Shown here: piece after piece, positions 38,755 through 47,645 of the stretch
How positions within the stretch are numbered: the first letter of the stretch is position 1
Layout: every line of letters starts with the position of its first letter
From: a virus
IMG/VR virus record: IMGVR_UViG_3300023235_000012
Location: 73,268 to 137,267 of that record
DNA length: 64,000 bases
Strand: one strand, 5' to 3'
The notes under the pieces: model-generated
Told to the model about the DNA's origin: nothing
The model's database searches: none
What the model saw: only the letters and a program-made list of their open reading frames with translations
Program-made: the position numbers and the translations under genes

Positions 38755-40629
38755 TCATATGGCCATCCAAGCTTTTCTATCATCTGCTCTCTTACCGTCG
38801 AAAATCAAGTTTAGCGTTTCCTCTAGCTTGCCATCATCTGTTAATAAAATCAAGCGGGGATTATCAATCGCGTGCTTCCAATTTTCCTTTCTCAACGTCC
38901 CTAATCCTTTTGCACGTCTAACCGTGGCTCCTTTCCAATCACTAGACTTGAACTGTTCATAATCGTTGCTATACCAATAATGTCTTTCTTTTCCTTTTTC
39001 AACGATGATAAATGGTGTCAAGAAAATATAAAAGAATGGATTTTTTTCATCAAAAAGTTCAGGCCAAAATCGATAGAAGAAGTTGGTCAAAAGAGCAGTG
39101 ATGTTTGCACCATCTTGATCCATGTCACATGCGATGTAGACCTTACCGTATCGTAGACCTTGTCTATTTGCTGGTTGTCCAATGACAAGTCCCAAGCTAT
39201 TCATTATATCTGCTAGGGCCTTGGACTCGAGGACTTTCTTGGGATTTTCTCCGTGAACGTTCATGACCTTTCCTCTAAGAGGAAGTCCACCGTGAAGTTT
39301 AGGGTTTCGAACGTTTGAAAAACCTGAGATAGCTGAATCGCCTTCTGCTAGCATCAAGATGCAATCAGTTCTGATACGACTCGTGGCATCCATAAGACTA
39401 GGTATCTTATTTCTAAGGTTTCTCTTCGCTTCTCTCGTTACATCCGCTTGATCTTTCTTTTGTGTACGAACCGCGGTACGTTCAAGGATTTCTTCCACCC
39501 ATTTTTTGTTCTGTGAAATTACCTGCTTAAACAATTCCTCTTGATCAAGTTGAGCTCTGATTGGTTTCTTCACTTCTTCATTGATCAATTTCGTTTTCGC
39601 CTGATTCCCAAAATAAGGAGCCTTCATCTGCGTTACACTAAAAATCAAAAGACCCTCGAGTAAATCAGAACGATTTGGGACCAGTTTTTGTCTCCGAGCA
39701 GGTTTCTCCAAGGCTTTAAGCATCTGATAGGTAAAAATTCGCTTGAACTCATCAACGTGCTCGCCACCATCAAAGGTTGGCACGTTGTTTACCAAGCTAT
39801 GAACATGATCGCCTTGTTCCGTCACGTTCGGAAGAACATAAAAAACAGATTTGAAATCTTCTTGCTCGATAGTAAAGATGATCGGCTTCTGTGTTCCAAA
39901 AAGTGTCTTCTCTAAGCTTGCTTTTGCTTGTACCTTCTTTCCATTAAAATAAATCTTCAGCTTCGGGTTTGCTGCTGCAATTTCAAGGAGACGGGATTCT
40001 AAAAACTCGATTGGCAAGGTGAGGTTTTTGAACACTTCTTCCGATGGTCGGAAGTGGATGAACGTCCCTGTTCTTGGACTACTGTTCTTTGAAATTTTTG
40101 GTTTGAAAATCTGAAGGGCATCATCTACCGCGTTTCCCTGTGTGAAACGCTGTGTGAATTTTTTTCCATCTCTGATAATTTCGACCTCAAAAAACTCTGA
40201 GCAATAATTTGCAATAGAAGCACCCACACCATTCATTCCGGCGCCGACTCTCATGCTATCATCAAAGTTTCTGCCTGCCCTCGCTTCAGAAAGGACCATC
40301 GTCGCGAGGTACTCTTTATGGGTCTTATCTTTTTCGATTGGTATACCACGACCGTTGTCTCGAACACTGAAGTCCATTTTTTCTTGATCGTAGGTTACGT
40401 CAAGGCGATCACCGTGTTTTTTTCCAATCAATTCATCCAATGCATTATCGATGATTTCTCTGACTGCTGTCAAAAGAGCAGGTACCCAAATCATCTCTTT
40501 TACCACTGCCTTTCCACCTTCGAACATTAAAACAGTCTGTGCGTGGTTTGATCTGGACCCAAAATAAGTTTCTGTTCTCAACCTTGCGTGCTGATAGTCA
40601 GATAACTTCTTGATATCATCGTCTTTCAT
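38755..40629 (-). CDS. topoisomerase II large subunit (gp39+60-like)
   Basis: EIIDNALD, DNGRGIP, GMNGVG, EGDSA, PLRGK, DMDQDG, KGLG. Confidence 0.95.
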   Translation of the reverse strand: MKDDDIKKLSDYQHARLRTETYFGSRSNHAQTVLMFEGGKAVVKEMIWVPALLTAVREIIDNALDELIGKKHGDRLDVTYDQEKMDFSVRDNGRGIPIEKDKTHKEYLATMVLSEARAGRNFDDSMRVGAGMNGVGASIANYCSEFFEVEIIRDGKKFTQRFTQGNAVDDALQIFKPKISKNSSPRTGTFIHFRPSEEVFKNLTLPIEFLESRLLEIAAANPKLKIYFNGKKVQAKASLEKTLFGTQKPIIFTIEQEDFKSVFYVLPNVTEQGDHVHSLVNNVPTFDGGEHVDEFKRIFTYQMLKALEKPARRQKLVPNRSDLLEGLLIFSVTQMKAPYFGNQAKTKLINEEVKKPIRAQLDQEELFKQVISQNKKWVEEILERTAVRTQKKDQADVTREAKRNLRNKIPSLMDATSRIRTDCILMLAEGDSAISGFSNVRNPKLHGGLPLRGKVMNVHGENPKKVLESKALADIMNSLGLVIGQPANRQGLRYGKVYIACDMDQDGANITALLTNFFYRFWPELFDEKNPFFYIFLTPFIIVEKGKERHYWYSNDYEQFKSSDWKGATVRRAKGLGTLRKENWKHAIDNPRLILLTDDGKLEETLNLIFDGKRADDRKAWMAI

Positions 40630-40666
40630 GTTTGGTCTCTTTATAGTTGCCTATTATTTACACATA

Positions 40667-40700
40667 GAAATTCCGTGTTATTTTCATAACACGGAATTTC
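40667..40700. terminator. 14-bp perfect inverted repeat
   Basis: GAAATTCCGTGTTA-ttttca-TAACACGGAATTTC. Confidence 0.7.
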
Positions 40701-40715
40701 ATTTAAGTCAATAAC

Positions 40716-41519
40716 TTACTTCGGACGTGTACAGTAATCACTTGGGAACGCTTCCGCACCCTGTATTGATCTCCGCTGTTTTTTGAGAAAAACATCAACA
40801 CCGCGGGCCTTCAGACCTTTCAAGGTGTCGTAGTATATTACAACGTCTTCGACATGATCTCCCTTTTCAAACTCTTCTCGAACCGTGGAAAAGTTAGTGT
40901 CCTTTCCCCAACCAGTTCCGAGCTCTTTTGGTTGTTGTCGTGTATCGGCCATTGAAAAATTATCCGCTGGAGTAAGTACAAAGCTCGAAAAAGTTCCACT
41001 ATCCGAACCACTTTCCCAATGAAATGGACTTTTCCTCCACAACGGCACATCATCAAATGGCAATGGAGGAAAATTCCAAGGTACTGGGTAATCAGGAACC
41101 TTTGGGATCTTTGGGATTATGATCGGTTGCTTTTCATCAAAGATTCTAACCCCAATCACACCGTTATTTTTATCACCATGACCCATCTTCTGTGCATAGC
41201 TTTCCTCTTTCTTCGAAAGACTGAAGTAGAATTTCGCAGCAGTCTGCTCATTCTGAAGCCAACCAGGAATAGAGATCGATTCAAACGCATCGATAATAAA
41301 ACCTTTGGAGCTATCGCCTGCAAGCTCACCGTCGATGGTTGAAAGGCCATCCACCGAAGTAATACATAGCCTTCGTTTATTTGATCTATTCTTGATGGAG
41401 ATCTCAAAATTAGAACCGTGTCTTCCTTCAATGAAGGTAAGGCCTTCGTGCTTAAATTCTTGGATACTATTTCCACGAACAAGGATTGTGATTTCTGAAT
41501 TAACTGTCTTCATTATCAT
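40716..41519 (-). CDS. hypothetical protein coupled to the vWA gene
   Basis: SVDG, IPGW, GVIGVRIFDE, LGTGWG motifs. Confidence 0.65.
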   Translation of the reverse strand: MIMKTVNSEITILVRGNSIQEFKHEGLTFIEGRHGSNFEISIKNRSNKRRLCITSVDGLSTIDGELAGDSSKGFIIDAFESISIPGWLQNEQTAAKFYFSLSKKEESYAQKMGHGDKNNGVIGVRIFDEKQPIIIPKIPKVPDYPVPWNFPPLPFDDVPLWRKSPFHWESGSDSGTFSSFVLTPADNFSMADTRQQPKELGTGWGKDTNFSTVREEFEKGDHVEDVVIYYDTLKGLKARGVDVFLKKQRRSIQGAEAFPSDYCTRPK

Positions 41520-42246
41520 CTTCTTTGAAAAAAACTTCTGAGGAAGTATCGGCGAATGCTCTGGTTACATCTTCGACCGTTGCGTTGTAGTCCATGGTAT
41601 CTAAGGTTTTAGTATATGCTGTTCGACGTTGAACAGTGGAACCAGCCAACCTACTGAAAGCTGCGGCCATATTACCGGTGTCGTATGTTCTCATTTTTCC
41701 GACCTTAAATCCAAGACTGCCACCAATTGCTTCAGCGTTTTGATTTGCACCCATATAGGTTACAGTCCAACCATCGGCTTCGCATTCATCAATCATCTTT
41801 TTGATTGTTTCGGCGCGGTACTCCTTACTTGCATTTTCACCACCATCGGTCATAATGACTACGACTGCAGTGTTGGTTCCTTTCTTCGCCGAAAGGCGTC
41901 GCTTGCTTTCGTTCAAGCTAATGCCGGTTGCATCGTGCAGAGGAGTCATTCCACTCGGTTCAAAATCTTTCTGGGTGAGCGTTGGTACCTTTTCCAATTG
42001 AATATCAGTGAAGGTGTCTTCGAGGCGTGGCCCTTTTATATCGGTGTCGAATTGTGTCAAGGTGACAAAATACTTACCGTCTGTATCTGATCGGAGCGTA
42101 TTGATGTATTCATTGAACCCATCAATGGTAGATTGTCTGCAAGTTGTCATCGATCCAGATCGATCTAAAACGATATGAACATGAGTCTTGAGATTTTTCT
42201 TGGATTTTGTTGAATCAGATTGATTCACTTTGAAGTGTTTAGTCAT
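41500..42246 (-). CDS. vWA domain protein
   Basis: MIDAS motif DRSGSM, TPLHDA, MTDGGENAS. Confidence 0.9.
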   Translation of the reverse strand: MTKHFKVNQSDSTKSKKNLKTHVHIVLDRSGSMTTCRQSTIDGFNEYINTLRSDTDGKYFVTLTQFDTDIKGPRLEDTFTDIQLEKVPTLTQKDFEPSGMTPLHDATGISLNESKRRLSAKKGTNTAVVVIMTDGGENASKEYRAETIKKMIDECEADGWTVTYMGANQNAEAIGGSLGFKVGKMRTYDTGNMAAAFSRLAGSTVQRRTAYTKTLDTMDYNATVEDVTRAFADTSSEVFFKEDDNEDS

Positions 42247-42334
42247 TTTTCTCCTTTGATGGTCTTGTCTGCCTTGACGTCTTTCAAGGTCTTATCTGCC
42301 ATCGAGTTTAGACAGAAAAATTACTGTCTATCCT

Positions 42335-42365
42335 TATTTATACAGAGTTTTTAGAAGAAAGTCAA
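42335..42365 (-). promoter_or_regulatory. overlapping sigma70 and late promoter
   Basis: TTGACT-17-TATAAA, where the -10 box extends to TATAAATA. Confidence 0.6.
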
Positions 42366-42367
42366 AA

Positions 42368-42673
42368 TTATTCTGGAATCCATCCTATCTGAAGCATGGC
42401 TTCAATCAGATCCTCTAAGCAACGAGCTGAAAAAATTTCTTCTTCTAGTTTCGTGATTATCGTTTCAATCAATTCTTCTGAGAACGGATTAATTAATTCT
42501 TCGACTTTTTCTTTTGATAGAAAAAAGGATACTACCTTTAAAGTAAGCCATAATTCTAAATTCAATTTTCGTGTGAAGTTTCCAGTGATTAAAAGAAAGC
42601 AGAGTTCGTTACGTTTATATAAAGGCACGCTTTTCAGATCTTTAATAATTTTTTTTAAGGTGACTTCGGTCAT
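42368..42673 (-). CDS. hypothetical protein
   Basis: 101 aa behind TTGACA-17-TATATT (42694-42722). Confidence 0.6.
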   Translation of the reverse strand: MTEVTLKKIIKDLKSVPLYKRNELCFLLITGNFTRKLNLELWLTLKVVSFFLSKEKVEELINPFSEELIETIITKLEEEIFSARCLEDLIEAMLQIGWIPE

Positions 42674-42728
42674 ATATTATTCCTTTCGAACATAATATAA
42701 CACGATTTTGACGGGTTGTCAAGCGTTT

Positions 42729-43052
42729 TTAATAATTTTCTGCTCTTGCGATTTTTTCACGTGATCGACCATGTGCTGCGAAACCTAAGATAGCACCAAA
42801 CGAAAGATGGAATATGGCATTTCCTTCAGTTGTAAGTGGCTTCCATGCTTGATGATTAGCAAAACTGCTTAATGCGGCAATCTGAACAGAAGTGTCGTCA
42901 AGCTTCATCACTTGTTCGATAACTTCAGCTGGTGAGCTCTTCTCTGCAAAAATAATAGGCATGATGACAAAATCGGCTAGGCAGATTGTAAGATATATCG
43001 CCGCAGAAGCTGGTCTCCAAGCTCCTTTCCAAATTGGTTCTTTCTCTGTCAT
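42729..43052 (-). CDS. putative holin-like membrane protein
   Basis: WRP motif, hydrophobic helices, GAILG, basic tail; late promoter. Confidence 0.55.
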   Translation of the reverse strand: MTEKEPIWKGAWRPASAAIYLTICLADFVIMPIIFAEKSSPAEVIEQVMKLDDTSVQIAALSSFANHQAWKPLTTEGNAIFHLSFGAILGFAAHGRSREKIARAENY

Positions 43053-43057
43053 ACCGT

Positions 43058-43069
43058 TATTTATAAATA
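43058..43069. promoter_or_regulatory. palindromic bidirectional late promoter
   Basis: TATTTATAAATA gives TATAAATA on both strands between divergent genes. Confidence 0.75.
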
Positions 43070-43094
43070 AAAGAAAACAGGAAGGAATTACTTT

Positions 43095-44144
43095 ATGAGA
43101 ATTAAGGAAATTATTTCAGAAGAAACGGCGGCGAGCTTGAAAAGCAAGCTCGCCAAAGCAATCAAGGCTCTGCCTGATGATAACTCTTCTGTCAAGGCTC
43201 TACAGGAGATCGAGGATATTCTGCAGCACGTCAACGCTGGTGGAAAGATTGGGATCATCAAAGGACACCTTCGTACGCTCGATGATCCTGAAGTTCAGAA
43301 GGCTCAGAAAGAATTGGCTAGGTACCTTCTTTCAATTGAAATGACCCAAACAGATCGGAAAGAACTTTTCACCGAATGGAAGAACGATAACATCGTGAGA
43401 AGAGAGATTTTGCTGAAACCTGGCAAAACCTCTAACTTCAGTGATATTTTTAATCTTTATGATACCAACCCTGCTGCTAGAGAATTTATCGAAGATGTGA
43501 TGAACGTCTCGGCTTTGGGACAAGGGAAAGGTGAGTTTGGTCTCAGTGTCCTTAGTTCAAAAATCAACAAACAAGCAGGAAAAGGTGACCTCAATATTGA
43601 TGGAAAGGGAATTGAGGTTAAAACTGAGGATGGCGGAGCCGGGAGATTTACTGATCAAGAAGTTCGTCCTGGGCCAGGATTTGAACAAGCCGCTCGAGAT
43701 CTTGAAACTTTTGTTAGAGAAAATGGATTTAAATTTTCACCGTCTGGATTGAACCTAAATGATTCAATACGACTTGGTCAATCTTTGGAAGGTGAAATAG
43801 AAAAAGAATATTTTGAACATATTGAAAAAGTGATTTCCTTAATTTTTCATGGAACCGACATCAATCCTATTGTTCAAGCTATTCGTTCAGGTGATTCGGG
43901 TAGGGCAAAGCAAGCGTATGCACAATCTTCATTCAATTATTACTTTAATCAAAAGAAAGATGATTATGGAATTCTTTATATCAATTTACGAAAAAGCCCG
44001 ATGGAATTCACGTTCTTTAGAAACACTGTTGACTTAACTAAGGGTGGATTAAGACTGCACGCGAAGACAATCTATCTATCAAACGTGAAAGATCCAAGAC
44101 TCAATTATCCTCAGATTAGTATCACTCCAACATCTAGGAATTAA
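43095..44144 (+). CDS. putative PD-(D/E)xK nuclease-fold protein
   Basis: GKGEF…GDLNIDGKGIEVK; N-terminus MRIKEIISEE. Confidence 0.6.
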   Translation: MRIKEIISEETAASLKSKLAKAIKALPDDNSSVKALQEIEDILQHVNAGGKIGIIKGHLRTLDDPEVQKAQKELARYLLSIEMTQTDRKELFTEWKNDNIVRREILLKPGKTSNFSDIFNLYDTNPAAREFIEDVMNVSALGQGKGEFGLSVLSSKINKQAGKGDLNIDGKGIEVKTEDGGAGRFTDQEVRPGPGFEQAARDLETFVRENGFKFSPSGLNLNDSIRLGQSLEGEIEKEYFEHIEKVISLIFHGTDINPIVQAIRSGDSGRAKQAYAQSSFNYYFNQKKDDYGILYINLRKSPMEFTFFRNTVDLTKGGLRLHAKTIYLSNVKDPRLNYPQISITPTSRN

Positions 44145-44685
44145 CTTTTACGTTAGTTTTCTTGATGGCGTTCATATACTCGACGATTTCATCAAACTCC
44201 CATGGAGTAAAATTATGAGTGTCAACCCCTACATCTAAACGGAGTTTTCTGTTTCCGTTGTCCCATGTTTCTTCAGTATATTTTCCATGTGAATGGCCGT
44301 GTAGATGAAACGAATTATGGAAACTTTTATTCCACGAACCTATCGGATAATGAAAAAGAATCAAATCATATCCTTGGTGCTTTAACTCAAAATATTGATG
44401 AACTTGGTTCCATTCGGACAATGAGCGAACGTTATTGCGATCATGGTTTCCTGCAATTAAAATCTTTCTTCCATTAAGGGCTCGAAGGATTTCTTTCGTT
44501 ACATTTATATCACGGTAGAATGCAAAGTCACCGATATGATAAATCGTATCTTTGGGACTCACCACCTTGTTCCAATTTTCTATCATTGCCATATCCATGT
44601 CCGTGACAGAATCAAAAGGACGGGTGCAGAATCGTATAATCGATCGATGACCGAAATGATTGTCTGAGGTAAAATGTATTTTCAT
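44134..44685 (-). CDS. calcineurin-like metallophosphoesterase
   Basis: SDNHFGH, GDF, GNHD, HYP, HGHSH, DVGVD. Confidence 0.9.
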   Translation of the reverse strand: MKIHFTSDNHFGHRSIIRFCTRPFDSVTDMDMAMIENWNKVVSPKDTIYHIGDFAFYRDINVTKEILRALNGRKILIAGNHDRNNVRSLSEWNQVHQYFELKHQGYDLILFHYPIGSWNKSFHNSFHLHGHSHGKYTEETWDNGNRKLRLDVGVDTHNFTPWEFDEIVEYMNAIKKTNVKVNS

Positions 44686-44699
44686 AATAAATTATAACA

Positions 44700-46076
44700 T
44701 CAACTCCAATGATGGTCAAATTCTTTCTGAATAAATGGATACATCTCTAATCCATTTCTTTTGACGATTTTGTAAAACTCTTTAATGATGAATTTCGCCC
44801 TTGGATGTTTCTTTACCAATTCCCAGATCTTATCGAAGTGCTTGAGATCATCTGGGTTTGTTCCTTTACCGAACATTAATTCAGCCGCTTGTTTGGGATC
44901 TTGAATGGTTTCATATTCTTGATCATTAAGGTCTGGATGTTCCCATTTTTCCATATCTCTGACACCAGTGAGGTTTCCAGTGTATGGAACTTTCTTTCCT
45001 TTCTTTTTCTGCTGGAATTGCTTGATCATCCCCCGGCCCCTACCATACTCGTAACCTACTCTTGCTACGATATCACCGTTATCATCGAGTTTCAGATTTC
45101 CTGTGTTTTGGATGATAGCTTGTATCAAATTTCCTCTATGGGCACCAGAAACCTTGGAAGGAACTCCGCCCATCGCCCATTTCAACCATTTAGCATCTCC
45201 AGTGATGAAATCGACCTGTACTCTATTAGGTTCTTCACCAACGATAGGGATAGCTGCTTTTGCTAACTTCTTTACGTGCTGGAACTGAACGTTATCTTCG
45301 CCTAGAGATTTCATCAGATTATTGTAGAGATCGTCTAGATTGGTGTCTGGAGGGACAATGACATCAATATCACCCGAAACTGGTTTTAATCCTGCAGATC
45401 CAAGCATGTGATTCTTTAACCATTCAAACGGGATCCCGCTGAATTTTGCCACATTCTTCAACGTAGGTACAATATTTTCTTTCTTGATTCCAGTCGTTCC
45501 AGGGAAGGCCATGCCACCTTCGTTGAGGTCTCTTTTGTTTTCAAAATAGATAAAATAATCTACTGTTGCGTCATCTTTGATCTGATTTACTGTTTCTTTT
45601 GATTTTTCTACTGTTCTTTCTATTTTGTATTCTTGTTCAGGTGGAATTCCTCTCCCACCCGAAGAAATTCGATCTGCATTTTGTTTTAGAGCTTGTTCTA
45701 ATGAGACATCAACATAAAAAAGAACAGTGGTAAATCCACGTTTCTTTGCTGCTTCAAATCCTTTCAGGATAGGTCCTGGATTCTGTCCCACTTGATGTCG
45801 GACAAATGATTGACCTCTCAGAATAAATTCTGCTTGTCTTCGTTCTGCTTCTGCACGAGATTTTCCAGTCAATTTAGAATCAAATTCACCTAGTGATAAT
45901 TCTTGATTGATTAGATCAGTATCAATTGATTTTAATTTCCCAAGAAATTGATCTTGTACCCATGATTTACCGGCTCCTATTGGTCCCGCCATCATAATAA
46001 AAACAGGCCCTTCAATCTTTTTTATTTCATGTGGAGAAATTTTCTTTGATTCTACAAGCAACTCTTTAATCAACAT
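44700..46076 (-). CDS. zeta/AAA_33-like P-loop kinase fused to a Pol-beta nucleotidyltransferase
   Basis: GPIGAGKS…YVDVSLEQALKQNADR; LGSAG…SGDIDV…VQVDF; likely start MLIKELLVES. Confidence 0.75.
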   Translation of the reverse strand: MLIKELLVESKKISPHEIKKIEGPVFIMMAGPIGAGKSWVQDQFLGKLKSIDTDLINQELSLGEFDSKLTGKSRAEAERRQAEFILRGQSFVRHQVGQNPGPILKGFEAAKKRGFTTVLFYVDVSLEQALKQNADRISSGGRGIPPEQEYKIERTVEKSKETVNQIKDDATVDYFIYFENKRDLNEGGMAFPGTTGIKKENIVPTLKNVAKFSGIPFEWLKNHMLGSAGLKPVSGDIDVIVPPDTNLDDLYNNLMKSLGEDNVQFQHVKKLAKAAIPIVGEEPNRVQVDFITGDAKWLKWAMGGVPSKVSGAHRGNLIQAIIQNTGNLKLDDNGDIVARVGYEYGRGRGMIKQFQQKKKGKKVPYTGNLTGVRDMEKWEHPDLNDQEYETIQDPKQAAELMFGKGTNPDDLKHFDKIWELVKKHPRAKFIIKEFYKIVKRNGLEMYPFIQKEFDHHWS

Positions 46077-47643
46077 ATTTCTGAAGCTCCTTGAAGAATT
46101 TATGAACACCCGGCGGGGTCAATTTCTTAAACTCCTCTTCATTTTCAGATTCTATTGCTTGGAATGTCCTAGTGGCAGAAACATTTTCTGCCGAATCCAT
46201 ATCTCGCTTAACTTCGATGACCTCTACGTTCGGTGATCTCTTCAATTGATCCTTATAAGCATCTACTCGATCAGATCCAGCAATGACTGCGTTGATCATT
46301 CTTTTTGATTTGTTAAGAGCTGTCAAAATATTTCCAGTGCTGACTTCCATAACATCAACTCCAGGAAAAACTGATTGTACCATCTTTTTTCTCAATTCAA
46401 ATGGTACTTTAGTATCTTTTCCAGTGACCAATGCTACCACAACATTATTTGCTACATCTAATCCTTGTTGAATGGCACCAGCGTGTGCTGTTGTCAATAC
46501 TCTCATTTTTCCAATAAACAGAGCATTCTTATTTTCCGGCATCGATCTGACCACCAATTCTCGACCAGTCAAATAAACATCGTCTTGGATTTGATGTTGA
46601 TCTTTTTTTGGATGGTCAGGAAGAATGTCCTCATCAGCTTTATAAACTACCGCACTAAATTGTTTAAGTTTTTGGTTTATTGATCCATCTTTAAGTTTTC
46701 CAGCTATTTTCTTAGCGAGAGAATTTACTTCTGCCCAATATTGATTTTCTTGTTCTTCATCATCCGCTTTCCACTTCATCTTCTTCTGCATGCGAACTTC
46801 TTTATCATGCTGATCAGTCTGTAGGATCTTGAAGAAGTTTCCATCATCGCTTAATAAGACTACTCCTTCTTCTTTACCGCCGAATGGGGATTGAACAGAT
46901 CGGAACATTTCTTTGATAGCCTCAAATGTTTGAAGCCAATCCTGGAAGTCCATTTGATCCTTATGTTGTTCATAAGCATTTAATAGTTCTTCTGATTCAA
47001 TTCCTTTTCTAATCTCAGAATGACTATTAAGCTTTCCTTTGAATATTTGAGGTGGTGTCATCATAGATAGCGCTGCTGCGTATTCATCAACCCGGTCTTG
47101 ATTGAATCCTTGTGGAGCGGTTCGGATCATCCCACCTTCTATCACTGCTTTCGAAGGAGCGTAAGCCAGAAGGACCATTGCATGATATTTTTCATAGTCT
47201 CTAGTGGTCGTCGGCTTGTTCATAATAAACTCAACGAACATCTCTGTCTCTTCTGGAATCATCTTGAGATTTTTATGATTTTCTTCCAGATGATCATGAA
47301 CCAAAGCGTATTGGCTAACAGAAGTCGATTTTGTCTTGATCTTTTCTCGATCAATGGTTTCAAAATCCTCTGGGAACATGATCCGGTTCTTATAAGCTAC
47401 TACCCAGTTTTTACTGTAGTCATTTGGATCATAAGGTTGATTGTTTCTCCAAAGTGTTAATTTTACGCCATCGAATTTTTGTGTGACGGTGACGTCTAAT
47501 GACAATAATTTTTGGATTTTTGCAGGAACAGGATTTTTCTTAGAGTCAGCAACTGCCTTGTCGACATTGGTGATACTTATGTCCAACATGTCGCCGCCGG
47601 CTTCTCTAAGCTGCAGGCTCTCTGTTAATTCTCTAATCTTCAT
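46066..47643 (-). CDS. RNA-ligase-like domain fused to a cytidylyltransferase-like (HUP) domain
   Basis: QKFDG, FVEF, EGVVL, FFKI; GKMRVLTTAH, AGSDRV, VSAT. Confidence 0.7.
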   Translation of the reverse strand: MKIRELTESLQLREAGGDMLDISITNVDKAVADSKKNPVPAKIQKLLSLDVTVTQKFDGVKLTLWRNNQPYDPNDYSKNWVVAYKNRIMFPEDFETIDREKIKTKSTSVSQYALVHDHLEENHKNLKMIPEETEMFVEFIMNKPTTTRDYEKYHAMVLLAYAPSKAVIEGGMIRTAPQGFNQDRVDEYAAALSMMTPPQIFKGKLNSHSEIRKGIESEELLNAYEQHKDQMDFQDWLQTFEAIKEMFRSVQSPFGGKEEGVVLLSDDGNFFKILQTDQHDKEVRMQKKMKWKADDEEQENQYWAEVNSLAKKIAGKLKDGSINQKLKQFSAVVYKADEDILPDHPKKDQHQIQDDVYLTGRELVVRSMPENKNALFIGKMRVLTTAHAGAIQQGLDVANNVVVALVTGKDTKVPFELRKKMVQSVFPGVDVMEVSTGNILTALNKSKRMINAVIAGSDRVDAYKDQLKRSPNVEVIEVKRDMDSAENVSATRTFQAIESENEEEFKKLTPPGVHKFFKELQKYVD

Positions 47644-47645
47644 TC

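Noticed and set aside
12978-40629. Introns or inteins in terminase, polymerase and topoisomerase
   Set aside because: Frames are continuous, sizes are normal, and no splice motifs are visible.
44700-46076. Zeta toxin-antitoxin or CBASS defence island
   Set aside because: No antitoxin or effector genes; late-operon context and the shared N-terminal tag favour a phage function. Cyclase activity is not excluded.
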